From Lama glama (lineage: Eukaryota): a stretch of 64,000 nucleotides of DNA. The notes beneath the pieces were generated by a model, which saw only the letters and a list, made by a program, of their open reading frames with translations, made no database searches and was not told where the DNA came from. The stretch is taken from positions 24,120,001 through 24,184,000 of the forward strand of contig CM052832.1 in assembly GCA_028534125.1 (NCBI GenBank), in the 5' to 3' direction. This document shows, in pieces, positions 49,491-62,674 of the stretch. The position numbers and the translations under genes were made by a program. The first letter of the stretch is position 1, and each line of letters opens with the position of its first letter.

Positions 49491-52400
49491 CTGAGTTTTA
49501 CTTTTTTCTTTACTCTTTTCTAAAATTTAAAACTATTTACAATAATACTCTTTATTATTGTTAAAGATACTCTTGTAGTCAGAAAGAATATGAAAAATAA
49601 CAATTTCAACCTCAGGAAGACTTGGGAATTCTAGACATGGATTTTCGGAGATTTTTTTTTTTTTTGATGTGTGAATTTGTGTTGTAATTTGATTCAAATA
49701 ATACATGTAGCCTCTAATGGAGCTTGAGAAGTTGGCTTTGTTCTTAACTGCATGTTTAGCCTATTGTAAAGATGCAATGTACAAATTTATTACTTGCAAC
49801 ATAACAGATATTAGGCATTTTTGTTTCATGAAAATGAAAGATGTTTTGTTCGCAGTAAGATCAATAAACTCTCACTTTATAACCTTGAGTCTATAAAGCA
49901 AATCAAAATAAAGCACTTTATGGTCTTATAGAGTAGAGAGGGAAGGGCAAGGGGGGTCTCAGTGAGAGCGGAAAAATGCCTGTTTGCTTTGTTCAAATTT
50001 TGTCAGCTGGCCTGACAGAGAGATTAGCTAAATCAGCTGCCTAGGGCCTGACCTCACTCCAGGCCTTAATTTGCCTTTCCCTTGCAGGTTTATTGTAATT
50101 CTAGTTTTAAGTCAGATCCATCAGTTGAATCACTGGGCCCCTTGGAGATCTCTACTGGAAGCCTCAGCCAAAGGCTTCAGTTTATGGCTTAAACCCTGTC
50201 CTTCAAAGCTGTATTTGTTTGTTTGTTTAACTGTTGGTATTAAGTCAAACAGAACTTGCTCACATTGGTGACAGAGCCCGTCTGTCATTAGCCCTTAGCT
50301 GATTTAGTGAAGATAGGACTTGTTTGGTTGTTGCGGCTACTCCAGAGAGTCAGGTCACTCATAACATATCTAAAAGAGCTCCCTGATCATAGAGCTAGTC
50401 CCCTGGGGAAGGCTAATATGTCCACATCTAAAATCATGGTTACCGGCAAGAAAAATTCTAGGCCAAAAGTATCCCACAAGGAGAACAAGAGTTCAGCTTC
50501 AGTGGTCACTTAGATAAGCTCTTGTAAAAATGTTGCTTTTATAATCTAGGACCATCGGCCCTTACCTGAAAAAAAGTATGCACTAAAACTCAAAATGCTG
50601 TATAGATATGCTTTTCTGGCATCATCCATGCTTCCCAATAAGACCATGTCATGGATGGAGAAAGAAGTATGTGAGAACTCACACCCAGAAAGCACTCATC
50701 AGTATGAACAGTCCACAGATTTTACTTTAGAAACAGAGAAACAATAGAGGACAGTTCTGGATACCATTAGAAGCCTTTTAACAACTTCCAGCCTTTAAAG
50801 CAAAAACTGGGTAAGTTGAATCCTTTCTCCAAAAACCTAGGTGTCTAAAGTCTTATGTACTGACATAGCTGCCCCCTTCTCTCGTTATGAAAAGTGTCAA
50901 GAAGCCAGTTAGGAGTGTGGTCAGGCCCCAGAGTGTTTTGTACCCCTCTTCACAAAAGACCCATAACTTTCTTCCCCAGCAAGAACCTGACCAGGATTCT
51001 GCAGCCCTTTGGGGACTGAGGCTCTGTACACATCCAAATAATGCTTAGTTCACCTCGCAAGAGAGGATGTTGAGTCAAGGAAGCCAAGTCAAGGTCAAGA
51101 TCTTCTCCATGTCTTCCGGAGGATGAGCAAAAATGCTCTCATACTGTTTGAAAGCAAATGGAATAAAAGGGTCAAGACTTTAACTGAGATTCTCTGCATG
51201 CGGTAGAATCTTGCGTGATAACATTTTCATCAGTAGAAACTCTCAGGGAAATTGCTCTGCTCATCTCTCCCCAGGAAGCTTAACCCTAACCTTCAGCTAG
51301 TCTCTTTCTCAGCAGCCCCAGAGCAGTATCCTGCCCCAGATCTATGTGACTTCTTTGCAAGACCACCCCCCTGCCGATGGCCTGAGAGGCCCAAGTCCTT
51401 CCCTTTACTGCTGTGCTTGGCCCTGAGAAGTCAGGCCTGGCCAGCCGCAGGTCAGCAACTAAGCTGCCATTTAGGGGCAAGTCCTCAAAGAGATAGATGG
51501 CCCTTCTTTCTGACACCCAGAATGCCTCACAAAGCATCTTCTGGTGACAATTCATCTTTTCCTTGAAAGTGGGAGAGCAGAGGCAAACCTTCTGACTTTA
51601 TCATGTTTCTTTTAGACGTTAATAGCACCCATTTACAGAATGCCCCCATGTTCTAGAAAATCCTTCCTTAAGTGAATCTTCGCCTCCTCCGTGTATTCTC
51701 CTCAAGCGTCAAGGCAGAGGAATTTTAGTGGCAGCCAAGGAGGCTCTGGCTACGCTGACTTTTGCTGTCATTAGAGAGTCAGCTTGTGGAGTATCAGAAC
51801 AGGATTCATTTTGTTCAGAGAGCAGAAACATACTCCTCCTGATTCTGGTCCAGCCTCCTGATGGGACCAGCCCGCTCCATCATAGGTATCAATCCTACCC
51901 ACTATCGGGCCCACAGACTCCTTTAATGCGTGAAATCACTCTGACAGTTTTCGGCATACATTAGCTTGCTGACCCCTGTTGGAAAATTGAATGACAGGTT
52001 TGGCAATGATTCTTTAAAATTTTACTACAGAAAGTAAGACAAGTGGATTTATCCCTATCGGTCATTTCCCCAGGGATGTCTGCACGGATCAGTAAGGACT
52101 AAATGAATGTCACAATGACTTACTGATGGCATATTGGGTGAGTTTGTTATGAACTTTGCTTATATTTCTAATCAAGGGTGAATATTATTGACTATTATAT
52201 AATCTTCACCTTTCAGTTTTTCCCAGATATTTTAAACTGGATTGAAAGACATTTGTTCCCCCCTTAAATTTATTCTGACTATAGTGGCAGGTGCTTATTA
52301 ATCATTAAAAGTACTAACTGAGTGAATAAAAGATGAATGAATGAATCTATGAAGCAAAAATGCTAAGTAAAATGAATAGTTTTAATTTATAGCTATAATA

Positions 52401-53209
52401 TTGCTACAAATATACCAAAAAATCAAATATATTATATATTGGCAGCTGTAAAAGATAACAAGGACAAATGAAAATATTGATTTTGTTATGTAATCAAATT
52501 GAAGGAATTTTTCATCTTGTTATGTCTAACTCTCTTACTGCAACAAAACAACACTAAAAGTGAATGAATCTGCTGATACACAACACTAGAGATGTAGGAT
52601 TATGAGATAAGCTAATAATATCACATGAGATGATCAAACAATTTAAAGCATGATTTTAAGATATCTACCTCCATCAACCTGACCAAAAGTTATAGGTAAG
52701 CTGAGACTGATCTTGACTGTCCTCTTTGGTTAAGCAGAACATCATATATTTTGGTTTAATAAAGAGTTTTAACAAGGAAAAGGAAAAATGGCAAGGTTAA
52801 AAAGAAAAACATCCTTTTACAAAACTGGATTATACAGATCTTGAAAGTCTGGCATTTCACTGTCAGGAGTGGATATGGAAGAGTAGCAGCCTCTGGTGTG
52901 ACTCTGTAAAAAAGGGTAACTAAGTATTTCCAAAAACCTCTAGAGTCTTCTTCATGGATTCTTTCCTGCAACTTTAAATCTCCCACAATCTCTTAACATT
53001 TTGTGGATCCCAGTTTTGACTCTGGGGAAAAATATCTGTTTTAAGCATCTGCTCCAACGTCTAAAGCTGAGAAATTTCCCAGGAGTATAGTGAGAACTGC
53101 TTTAGTTCCATCTTAATGCGATAGTCCCCGAGTCTTGGTGGCTTTGGCAGTTTTGTTGAGTGCTCTCACAATGATCTCTCTCACCCTCTTTATTATTGCT
53201 TTTGCTTTT

Positions 53210-53425
53210 ACTGGAACTTTATTGAGATAACTGTAGGTTTGCATGCAGCGTAAGACAGGATAGAGATTTATTGTGACTTTGCCCAGTTTCCCCCCAATGG
53301 TAACATTTTGTAAAAGTAAAGTGTAATATCACAACCAGGATGTTGACATTGACACAATCCACTGATCATATTCAGATTTTGTGTTGTGTGTGTATGTGTG
53401 TTTATTAGTTCCATACTATTTATTG
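53210..53425 (-). mobile_element. L1 3'UTR fragment (L1MB/MC-like)
   Basis: 'cccagtttcccccaatggtaacattttg...aatatcacaaccaggatgttgacattgacacaatccac'. Confidence 0.75.
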
Positions 53426-55119
53426 ATAACCTCTACTTTTTGCCAAATTATTTGCCCTAATTTTCTCCTGAGATGTTCTTCATTCAGGATATTTTCAAAG
53501 TGAAATCCACCCCTAGTTGAACCTGGAATGTTCCACATCTGCCCCAAATTAGAGGCTCATTGGTTTACTATTCATCTTTTCAATGGTCTACATCAACTTT
53601 CTTCTCAACATTACAAAAGACAAATTTTCTTGGATTGAGATGAACATGAGTCATCTTTGGGTTAATCTGTTCCATCTGGGTATAGATTCCAGATTTTTCA
53701 TGGTTTATTTGTTCATTCAAAAAATATTTACTGGTTGCTTACTGAGTCCTTAAAGTAGTATCCTAGGAGCTTGGTGTATAGTGGGAGACAACAAACATGA
53801 TCTCTGCTCCCTGAGGGCTTATCATCTACTAGACAGCCAGGGATTGTGCCAACAAAAAACTGCCGGAATCTGTAGGTAGAGATTAGCTGAAGGGGTGGCC
53901 ATGCTTTTAAAAAGTTCAATGAGTTTTCTCACTTGCCTCAACAAACAAATGGCCTCCACCTACCCAAAGAAATAGGAGAATATGTTACAAGTAGGACTCA
54001 ATGAGAAATATTGTAATAATATCCAGCTTTTGTCCTTCAAAGGGATTATGCAGCCAAGTGTAAAGCAATCCAAGCTATTATTCTAAGAGAAGATTTTCCG
54101 AATTCTTTATTTTTTGTCCTTTAGTGTGGCACTGGCCAAGCTGAAGGACCTAGTTCAGAGATTTCTTGTTGTAGAGAAGATACGATTTCCATCCTTTTCA
54201 GCTGGGCCAGAAGCTTTATGGTAGGATGATTCGACAGGAGGAGCCTTGTGGGAAAAACCAGAAAGGAACAAACAGGAAGAGCTGAATTTTTACCACACGT
54301 CCAAATCACAGTGTGAGTGAAATTTGCTATTAGGCCACCGCACATTTACTAAACAAATTTATAATCACTGTAGATCTTAGTCCCCAATGTTCAAATAGAC
54401 AACATCCTTAGCTTCAAGGTTGACTTATTCAGAATCTCAGAATATACTTTGCAGCTAACCCTTTAGGGTCCACCCTTCTAAAATTCATTTCTTCTACTCA
54501 GACTATGCTTAAGTTATTTTGTGGTTGAAACTGCCAGGTTATTCCACCTGCTCTTTCCCAGTCCAAAACTCGAATTCATTCTCAGGGCAAGGGTTTTCAG
54601 CCAAATTCTTGTTCAAGTGCATGCATTGATTCAAAGTTCTTTTTTGAATAAAAATCTGGCTTTGCACAGAGACCCTGTTATCAACTGTGTGCACCAATAG
54701 GGTAGCCCTCCCATCTGGGCTAGCGTACAAGTCGGGATACTAAATTTGCACAACAGAATGTTGGCTTTGCCACCTGCACACCTGTTATCTAAAGCATATG
54801 GCTCTCTCTTTAATCAACAACAAAACCACAGGCTCTTCAGGCACTCCTAGGAGATTTCAGTCCTGCCTCTGATCCAGCCCTTGGCAAAAGCTCGCTTGAA
54901 ACATCTGATATTTGAAGGAGAGGCTTTAAGACATGCTAACTACACACTCCTTTAGATACCTAAGTTAAAACATTTCCCTCTTAAGTGTAAATATTTCAAA
55001 AACAATGTATCAGGACGCTCTCTGTAAGCCTCCCACAGAAGCTTTCTCTCTAAGATGGATTATAATGGAGGTAAATACATATTGACTTGTAGTTTATTTT
55101 GGCATCATTTGCAACTTTA

Positions 55120-55330
55120 TATCTGATGAGCATGTTTGAAAACAAAGATGAGGGTGCAGAAAGCTGGAGGGGCCTATGTCCCTCACATATTTCTGGAGTT
55201 ACCATATAGTCCTCACCTGCTTATTTCTGAAACTACTTTTATCATGGGAAATAAAGTTCTAAATTATTCAAACCACTGTTATTTTGAAATTTTTCTGTTA
55301 AATGCAGTGAGATAAAATCCTGACCAATAG
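55120..55330. mobile_element. MaLR (MLT1-like) LTR fragment
   Basis: 'gaaataaagttctaaattattcaaaccactgttattttg...tcctgaccaata'. Confidence 0.5.
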
Positions 55331-55429
55331 CAATCCTAATAATCGTCTTGCTCATTACTTCATTAAAAAAATCATTTTTATCACCTAAAATATACTAGGT
55401 TAAGTATAGATAAAGAAATGGATAAAATA

Positions 55430-57146
55430 CAGTCCTGCACTGAAACGACAAGGAATCAATAAAAATATATTGAAAACCACATATATAATTTTAAACTTTT
55501 TACTGGTCATATTTAACAAAAAGCAAAAGTAACAGGTAAAATAGATTTTAATGATTTACTTTACTTAACCTAATATATCACAAATAGTATAATTAACATT
55601 GAATCAATATAAAAATGTAGTAATGATACTGACCCCTTAACAGAGGCAGGCTTTGCAAAAATGGGAGCACCATTTTGTAGGTTGCCTCTTCATTGTGTTG
55701 ATGATTTTCTTGGCTTTGTAGATGCTTTTTAATTTGATGCAGTCCCACTTGTCTATTTTTGCTTTTGTTGCCTGTGCTTTTCATGTCATAGTTAAGAAAT
55801 AATTGCCAAGATCAATGTCAAAAAACTTTCCCTCTGTTCTGTTCTAGGAGTTTTAGGTCCCATGTTTAAGTCTTTAATCCAGTTTGAGTTGATTTTGTGT
55901 ATGGTATAAGATAAGGATCCAATTTCATTCATTTGCATGTGGATCCAGTTTTCCAACAACATTTGTTGAAGAGACTATCTTCTCATTGTGTATTCTTGGC
56001 ATCTTTGTCGAAGATCAGTTGTGTATGAATTTATTTCTAGGCTCTCTATTGTGTTCCATTGGTCTATATGTCTGTCTTAATGACAGTACCATACTGTTTT
56101 AATTATTGTAGCTTTGTAATATATTTTGAAATCAGGAAGTGTAATGCATCCAGCTTTGTTCTTCTGTCTCATGATTGCTTCAGTTATGTGGACTCTTTTG
56201 TGGTCCAATTTTAGGGTTATTTTTTCTATTTCTTTAAAAAAATACCATAGGAATTTTGATAAGGATAGCATTGAATCTGTAGTTTGCTTTAGGTAGTATG
56301 AACATTTTAACCATATTTAGTCTTCCAATCCATGAACATATGATGTCTTTCCATTTATTTGTGTCTTCTTTAATTACTTTCACCCCTGTACACTGTTAGT
56401 GGGAATGGAAAATAGAGCAGCCATTATGGAAAATAGTATGGAGGGTCTTCCAAAAATAAAAAGTAGAATTAACGTATGGTCCAGCAATCTCACTTCTGGA
56501 TATATATACAAAAGAATCAAAATCAGAATTTCAAAGAGTTCATTGCAGCAATATTCATAATAGCCAGGGGTTGGAAACAGTATAAATGCACATCAATAAA
56601 TGAATAGATAAAGAAAATGTTACACACAAAGATATATTATTTAGACTTTAAGAAAAAGGAATCCTGCCATGTGTGACAAAAGGAATGAATCTGGAGGATA
56701 TTATGCTAAATGAAACCAGTGAGTCAAAGGACAAATATTGCATTATTCCACTTATATGAGGTCCTAAAATAATCAAACTGATAGAGGCAAATAGTTGAAT
56801 GTTGGTTGCTAGGGGCTGAGGGGAGAGGGAAATGAGTGTTCAACAGTTAAAATTTCAGTTTTGCAAGATGATACTTTCTGGAGCTCTGCTGAACAATGAA
56901 GTGCCTATAGTTAACAATACTGTATTGTACACTTCATCTGTTAAAGGGGTAGATCTCATGGTAAGCATTCTTACCAACATTTTTAAAAATGAAAAAACTA
57001 GTGTTGAGGTATTTTATGTCTATTTTTCATACTAGGCCTTCAAAATCCAGTGTCTATTTTAATTTACAGCACATCTCAATTTTGACTAGTGTATTTAAAG
57101 TGCTCAGGAACACATGTGTTCAATGGCTCTCATACTGGACAGCACA
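55430..57146. mobile_element. MER33 (hAT-Charlie) split by an L1
   Basis: Left half 55430-55620 and right half 57000-57146 ('cttcaaaatccagtgtctattttaatttacagcacatctcaatt...actggacagcac'). Confidence 0.7.
55670..56998 (+). mobile_element. L1MA-like element with 5' inversion
   Basis: 55670-56382 antisense ORF2 ([26 protein letters not shown]); 56383-56998 sense ORF2 end and 3'UTR. Confidence 0.88.
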
Positions 57147-57419
57147 TATCTAAGTGAATATATGTGTGTGTATGCATATGTCTGTGTACATGTATGTGCT
57201 TGCACACACATAATGTGTAAGCAGATAATAATACCCTGGGGTAAATGCTTCAGCAGACACATTTACCAGATGATTTGTGTTTCAAAAATGAAACATCTAA
57301 CTCTTGTCTGGAAGCAAAGAGGAATGGAGAATTCATGAGGACCATAAAAAAAGATTAGATCGCTGACAGCTAAATGAAAAGAAGAATACAGTCAAGAGAA
57401 ATACAGCCAGTTTTGAGAA

Positions 57420-58630
57420 TTATAATTTTTATTAATTGAGAAATATAAAATCAATACCAAAAAATGAATAAAACATGACTACACAGTAAAATGATTATAA
57501 AGTGAATTCTAATCCAGCTATCAGCCAGGTCAGGAAATAGAACATTGTCATAGCTCAGAAACCTGCCACATGCCTTTTTCTGGTCATACTTTGTCTCTCA
57601 TCCCAGAAGTAGCAATTATTCTAATCTTAAGGTAGTCATTTTCTTGCTTTTCTTTATAATTTTACTACCTATCTATCTATCTATCTATCTATCTGGATAA
57701 TATAATTTATATTTACTTGTTGAACTTTTATAAACAGAGTAAGAATATAATAGAACTTTTATAAACAGAAAATGTATGATTCCTTCATGTTTTGCTTCTT
57801 TCATTCAACATTGTGTTTTTAAGATTTGTACATATCACAGTGTGTAGCCTCAGCTTATTCCTTTTCACTTGTGTGTAGTATTTTATTGTATAAATACACT
57901 GTAGTTTAGCCATTCTACTTTTGATGGACATTTGACTTGGTTTAGGTTTAGAACAATAAGAACAATGGATCTGCAAATGATATTACATATATATTCTATG
58001 GCACAGGTTTCAAAAATTTTTTTAGGGTGTTAAAATTATTAAATTTTTCTAAGTAACTAAAGCTCTATATATCTTGTGATGATTTTCAGTCTACTCTATC
58101 TGACATGATATTGTTAATGTTTGTAACACCCTTCTTTTGGTTAATGCTTGTGTAATACCTTTTCCATATTTTTATACCTTTATATTTTGTATGTTTCTTA
58201 TGTAAATATTATAGCCTTGGATTTTGTTTTTCATCCTGACAATTTTTAGTGCATTAATTGATGCATTTAGTCCATTTACATTTAATGCAATCACTCATAT
58301 ATAGAGATCGGGTCTGATTAAATCAGGTCTGAGTCTAAATCTATCATCTTACTATGTTCTTTCTCGCCTATGTTATGTTTTATTTTCTCTCTCCTTGCTT
58401 ACTTTTGGACTGATGGGATCTTTTATTATTCCATGTTCCTCTCTGCTATTAGTTTCTAGTATTTTAATGGTTTTCCTAGAAATTATATGAAGAACCTATA
58501 ATATATCAAATTCAAATATTAATTAATACAATTCACTATCCTCTAAGGAGTACAAGAATCTTGTAACACTTTAGTTTTATTTATCCCCCTCCCAATATAT
58601 GTGTTAGTTTTGTTGTAAATATTAATTATA
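57420..58630 (-). mobile_element. L1ME-like fragments
   Basis: 'ccaggtcaggaaatagaacattgtca...cattctacttttgatggacattt' and 'catttagtccatttacatttaatg'. Confidence 0.65.
57669..57694. repeat. (CTAT)6 tetranucleotide repeat
   Basis: Read directly. Confidence 0.9.
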
Positions 58631-59283
58631 TACTTACATGTGTAAGTGAAACTTTTACAAAACAAAATCCGCACCTACCTTTTTGGATCAGCACCTGCCT
58701 TCAGAGCTGAAATATCTTTGATTCTTAGGCTCACCTCTCTCTGTCTTTGAGTTCTTGCCTTCTGGACTTGGTCTGAATCTTTCTCAATCTCTTGTTAGAT
58801 CTTCACTATCTTTAAGTATTTCCTAAATCAATAAATTAAATCCAATTAGGAGGCCATCAAATTGGTCTAAATTAAAGATGATCATGTAGAATGGGGTGAC
58901 AAGGAAATATTTTAAAAAGATTATTGAATGGCTGGTTTGGGGTCCCAGTTTCATGTGAAGGTTAGTGTTCCTTCTATAATGATCTATATCTTACATACTT
59001 TCAAGACTTTAATGCCAGGAAAAATTTGTCTTCCCATCCTACTTTCTGTGGTTTTTTCCCTCAAGTTAAAAAATAAATAATTACAATTTTGTGAGTAGCT
59101 AGGAGCACAATTTAATGCTCAATAGTCCTAACTTGGCTTCTGTGTCTTACTTAGCTACTTTGTATTTCAAAATGGCTTTTTTATGTTTAAAGTTTCTCAA
59201 TTACTTTTGAAAATAGGAAAGAATAATAAATAGCAAATAAATTTTAAAGTGTATCGGTTGATAGACTTAAGCTGCTAGTTTCA

Positions 59284-60438
59284 AGGGCAGTCTACCCAGG
59301 CAATATAAATAAAAGCAAAAATAAACAAATGGGACCTAATTAAACTTACAAGCTTTTGCACAGCAAAGGAAGCCATAAGCAAAACAAAAAGACAGCCTAC
59401 AGAATGGGAGAAAATATTTGCAAATGATGCGACTGACAAGGGCTTAATTTCCAGAATATGCAAACAGCTCATACAACTTAATAACAAAACAAAACAAAAC
59501 AAAAAACACAGTCCATAAATGGGCAGAAGACCTGAACAAGCAATTCTCCAGTGAAGACATACGAATGACCAATAGGCACATGAAAAAGTGCTCAATATCA
59601 CTAATTATGAGAGAAATGCAAATCAAAACTACAATGAGGTATCTCCTCAAACCAGTCAGAATGGCCATCATTCAGAAGTCCACAGACAAAAACTGCTGGA
59701 GAGGGTGTGGAGAAACTACGTTCCTACCTCTTATACTGCTGGTAGGAATGTAGTTTGGTGCAACCATTATGGAAAACAGTATGGAGATTCCTCTAAAAAC
59801 TAAAAATAGATTTACCATATGATCCAGCAATCCAATGTCTGGGTATATATCCAGAGGGAACTCTAATTTGAAAAGATATATACACCTCAATGTTTATAGC
59901 AGCACTATTTATAGGAGCCAAAACATGGAAAAAACCTAAATGTCCATCAACAGATAACTAGATAAAGAAGCTGTGGTATATTTATACTATGGAATACTAC
60001 TCAGCCATAAAAAATAATAAAATATTGCCATTTGCATCAACATGGATGGATCTGGAGATCATCATTCTAAATGACATAAGCCAGAAAGAGAAAGAAAAAT
60101 AGCATGTGATATCACATACGTATGGAATCTTAAAAAAAAAAAGACACACATGAACTTATTTACAAAGCAGAAACAGACTCACAGACATAGAAAGCAAACT
60201 CATAGTTAGCAGGGAGGTAAGGGGGTGGGAAGGGATAAAATGAGAGTTTGAGATTTACAGATAGTAACTACTATATGTAAAATAAACAAAAAGTTTATAC
60301 TGTATAGCACAGGGAACTATTCAATTGTAGTAACCTATAATAAGAAAGAATATGAAAAGGAATATATATATATGTGTTTTATGCTGTACACTGGAAATTG
60401 ACACAACATTGTAAACTGACTAATTCAATTAAAAAAAA
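59284..60438 (+). mobile_element. 5'-truncated lineage-specific L1 3' end
   Basis: ORF2 C-terminus ([18 protein letters not shown]..; [31 protein letters not shown]); poly-A; TSD aagctgctagtttca (59269-59283) / aagatactagtttca (60437-60451). Confidence 0.95.
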
Positions 60439-61019
60439 GATACTAGTTTCAGATATTTCTGTTATTGAGAGTTATAACTTAGGAGCCCATTCAAACTATC
60501 AATCTATATTATATTATTATGTTATGTTAATATAGTTGCATGAATTTGGGAAAATAATGATGCAATTTTTAACTTAACTTTTATGCTCAGCTCCACTATT
60601 CTCTGCCTGTGAGTTCTGCTCGCCTGAGAAGATGAGCACTTCAACCTCTTCTGTTTCTTTTTATATATACCTCAGTATTTTCAAATAATAGGCTTATACT
60701 ACTATTTTATGGTTTTAAAAATTTAACTACTATTTCACATCTTTCTTTTATGAGGATAAAAGTTTAGCTCTCTTGTACTCTCTTTTATACATGCACACAT
60801 ACATAATTTCTCTTCCTTCATGTTCCCAACAGTAGTTATTATGATTATGTTAAAATTGTTCAAACTGAGAAACAAAATGTGGTATAAATATATTTACTTT
60901 CTTACACAAATTTGGGGTTTTTTTCCCCTGGGGTTTATAATTGCCTTGGTGTTTTCACATGCTTTTCTGTATACCATGATTTTTTTTTCTCAAAGCATTC
61001 CTATATAGATGTAAAATAA

Positions 61020-61830
61020 ATCATCTTAGTATGAGCAAACCATAGGGAATTGTATCCATTCTATTTTTTTCTTGTCAGTATCTCTCCTGGAATTCTCTAG
61101 CCTTCTGGCTTCATCTGAACTCTTGAGCCCCTGGGCCTGATATGTAGCTTTCATCCCGGACCTTCTCTTTATCACAGCACTAAAAAGTCCCTGTGATCCT
61201 GGATCTACTGTCTTCCTCTTTAATGGTTTACCCTCTTGCTTGGATGGAGCACATCTTCCTGTTGCTTCATGAGAAAGTATAAGTTGAGACTTTTGAGAAC
61301 TTGAATGTCCCAAAATGCTTTTATTTTCTTCTAATATTTGATTAATAATAATTTTGTTGTACAGGATTCTAGGCTGGATTAATTTCTTCACAGCATTTTC
61401 GAAAGACCACTTTGTTGTTTTACAGCTACCTGTTTTGCGGTTCAAAGCCCCAGCTCCATATGGTAACTCATCACTGGTCTTTGGTTTTCTTTTTCCCCTA
61501 GCAGCATTTATGCTTCCTCTTTATTCCAGGTTCTGAAATTTCACAATTATGTGAGCTGATGTGAGTTTTTTTTTCATTCAGTTTAGCCCTCAGTGGACTC
61601 CTTAAATCTCTTTAAATTTTCTTTTACAATTTATTTGATAATAACTCCCTTTCATTTTTGTATTTTTCTCTCCCACTAGAACTGTTATTAATCTATTTGG
61701 GTCTCAAATTTTCTTTTCTCTTCTATTTTTCCACATCCATGTCTTTTTTTGTACTTTCTGAGTGATTTCCTCAAATTTACCTTTGAGTCTTCTATTGAAT
61801 ATTTTATCCCTATTATTGCATGCTATAGTT
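61020..61830 (-). mobile_element. Old L1M/HAL1-like ORF1 remnant
   Basis: Minus-strand peptide ENAVKKLIQPRILY resembles the ORF1 QPRILYPAK motif. Confidence 0.55.
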
Positions 61831-61849
61831 TTCAAAAAATCATATTTAT

Positions 61850-62630
61850 TCAATTCCACAAACAGTTACTATATTGGGAATGGTTTGTTGGGGGTGGAAA
61901 CAAATATAAAAATATCTCTCAATTCAAAAAACATATAATATATAAGTATGTACACCAGTATCTATAAAATAAAAGCTTCATTAATTTGAGTCCACAAATC
62001 TGAAAGTAGAGAAGGAAGAAACACCATTGGTATTATTCTCATTTTTAAACCAGAAGTTCAGCTAATGAAATTATCAACAAGTTGATTAAAAGATATTACT
62101 AATGATCACATTAAGAAAGCTGACAAATTCTCAATTTTGATTGACACCACTCAAGGTAAAACTTTGATTGACGTTAATTCAGTCATTCTAATACATGTCT
62201 CAGAGCCCATGATAGATAAAATGAACATAAAGTTAAATTCTGGAGAAAATATATTCCATCCTGTTACAGAATATTTTGAAATCAAATAATAGAGCTCTTT
62301 AAAAAGTATGTAGGATGTTCAAGTACTGGCACACCCTACATGAAGAGATCACTCAATTGGTTTTTGCCCTGGTTAAAAAAAGAATCTTCTAACCAAGGTC
62401 ACATATGGGATTATTAACAAGTCTTAAATCTAGCAATAGAATGGATAATGGGATGGCAAGGAGGGATATTTCACAGTTTTGACTTAAAATGTCTGAGCAG
62501 CACTTATAATAGTGCAACATAAGAGAATTGCTATTTGACACAAACAGCAGGGGACTCCAATCCACTTTCCCAGCGTTATGGAAGCAAGACAGAATTCTAG
62601 AAAAGTTGGAGACAGGGCTGTATTGCTGTG
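61850..62630 (+). mobile_element. Fossil hAT (Tip100/Zaphod/Arthur-like) transposase coding fragment
   Basis: From 62110: IKKADKFSILIDTTQGKTLIDVNSVILIHV..SGENIF; after a frameshift KYVGCSSTGTPYMK..LKKESSNQGHIWDY*QVLNLA, matching hAT blocks FSI.xDxTxD, CxGxxxDGAxxM and HCxAHxLNL. Confidence 0.75.
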
Positions 62631-62674
62631 AGAGAACCCACTCAAGTAAACAGTGGCTTTTCTTTCCCCCACTC

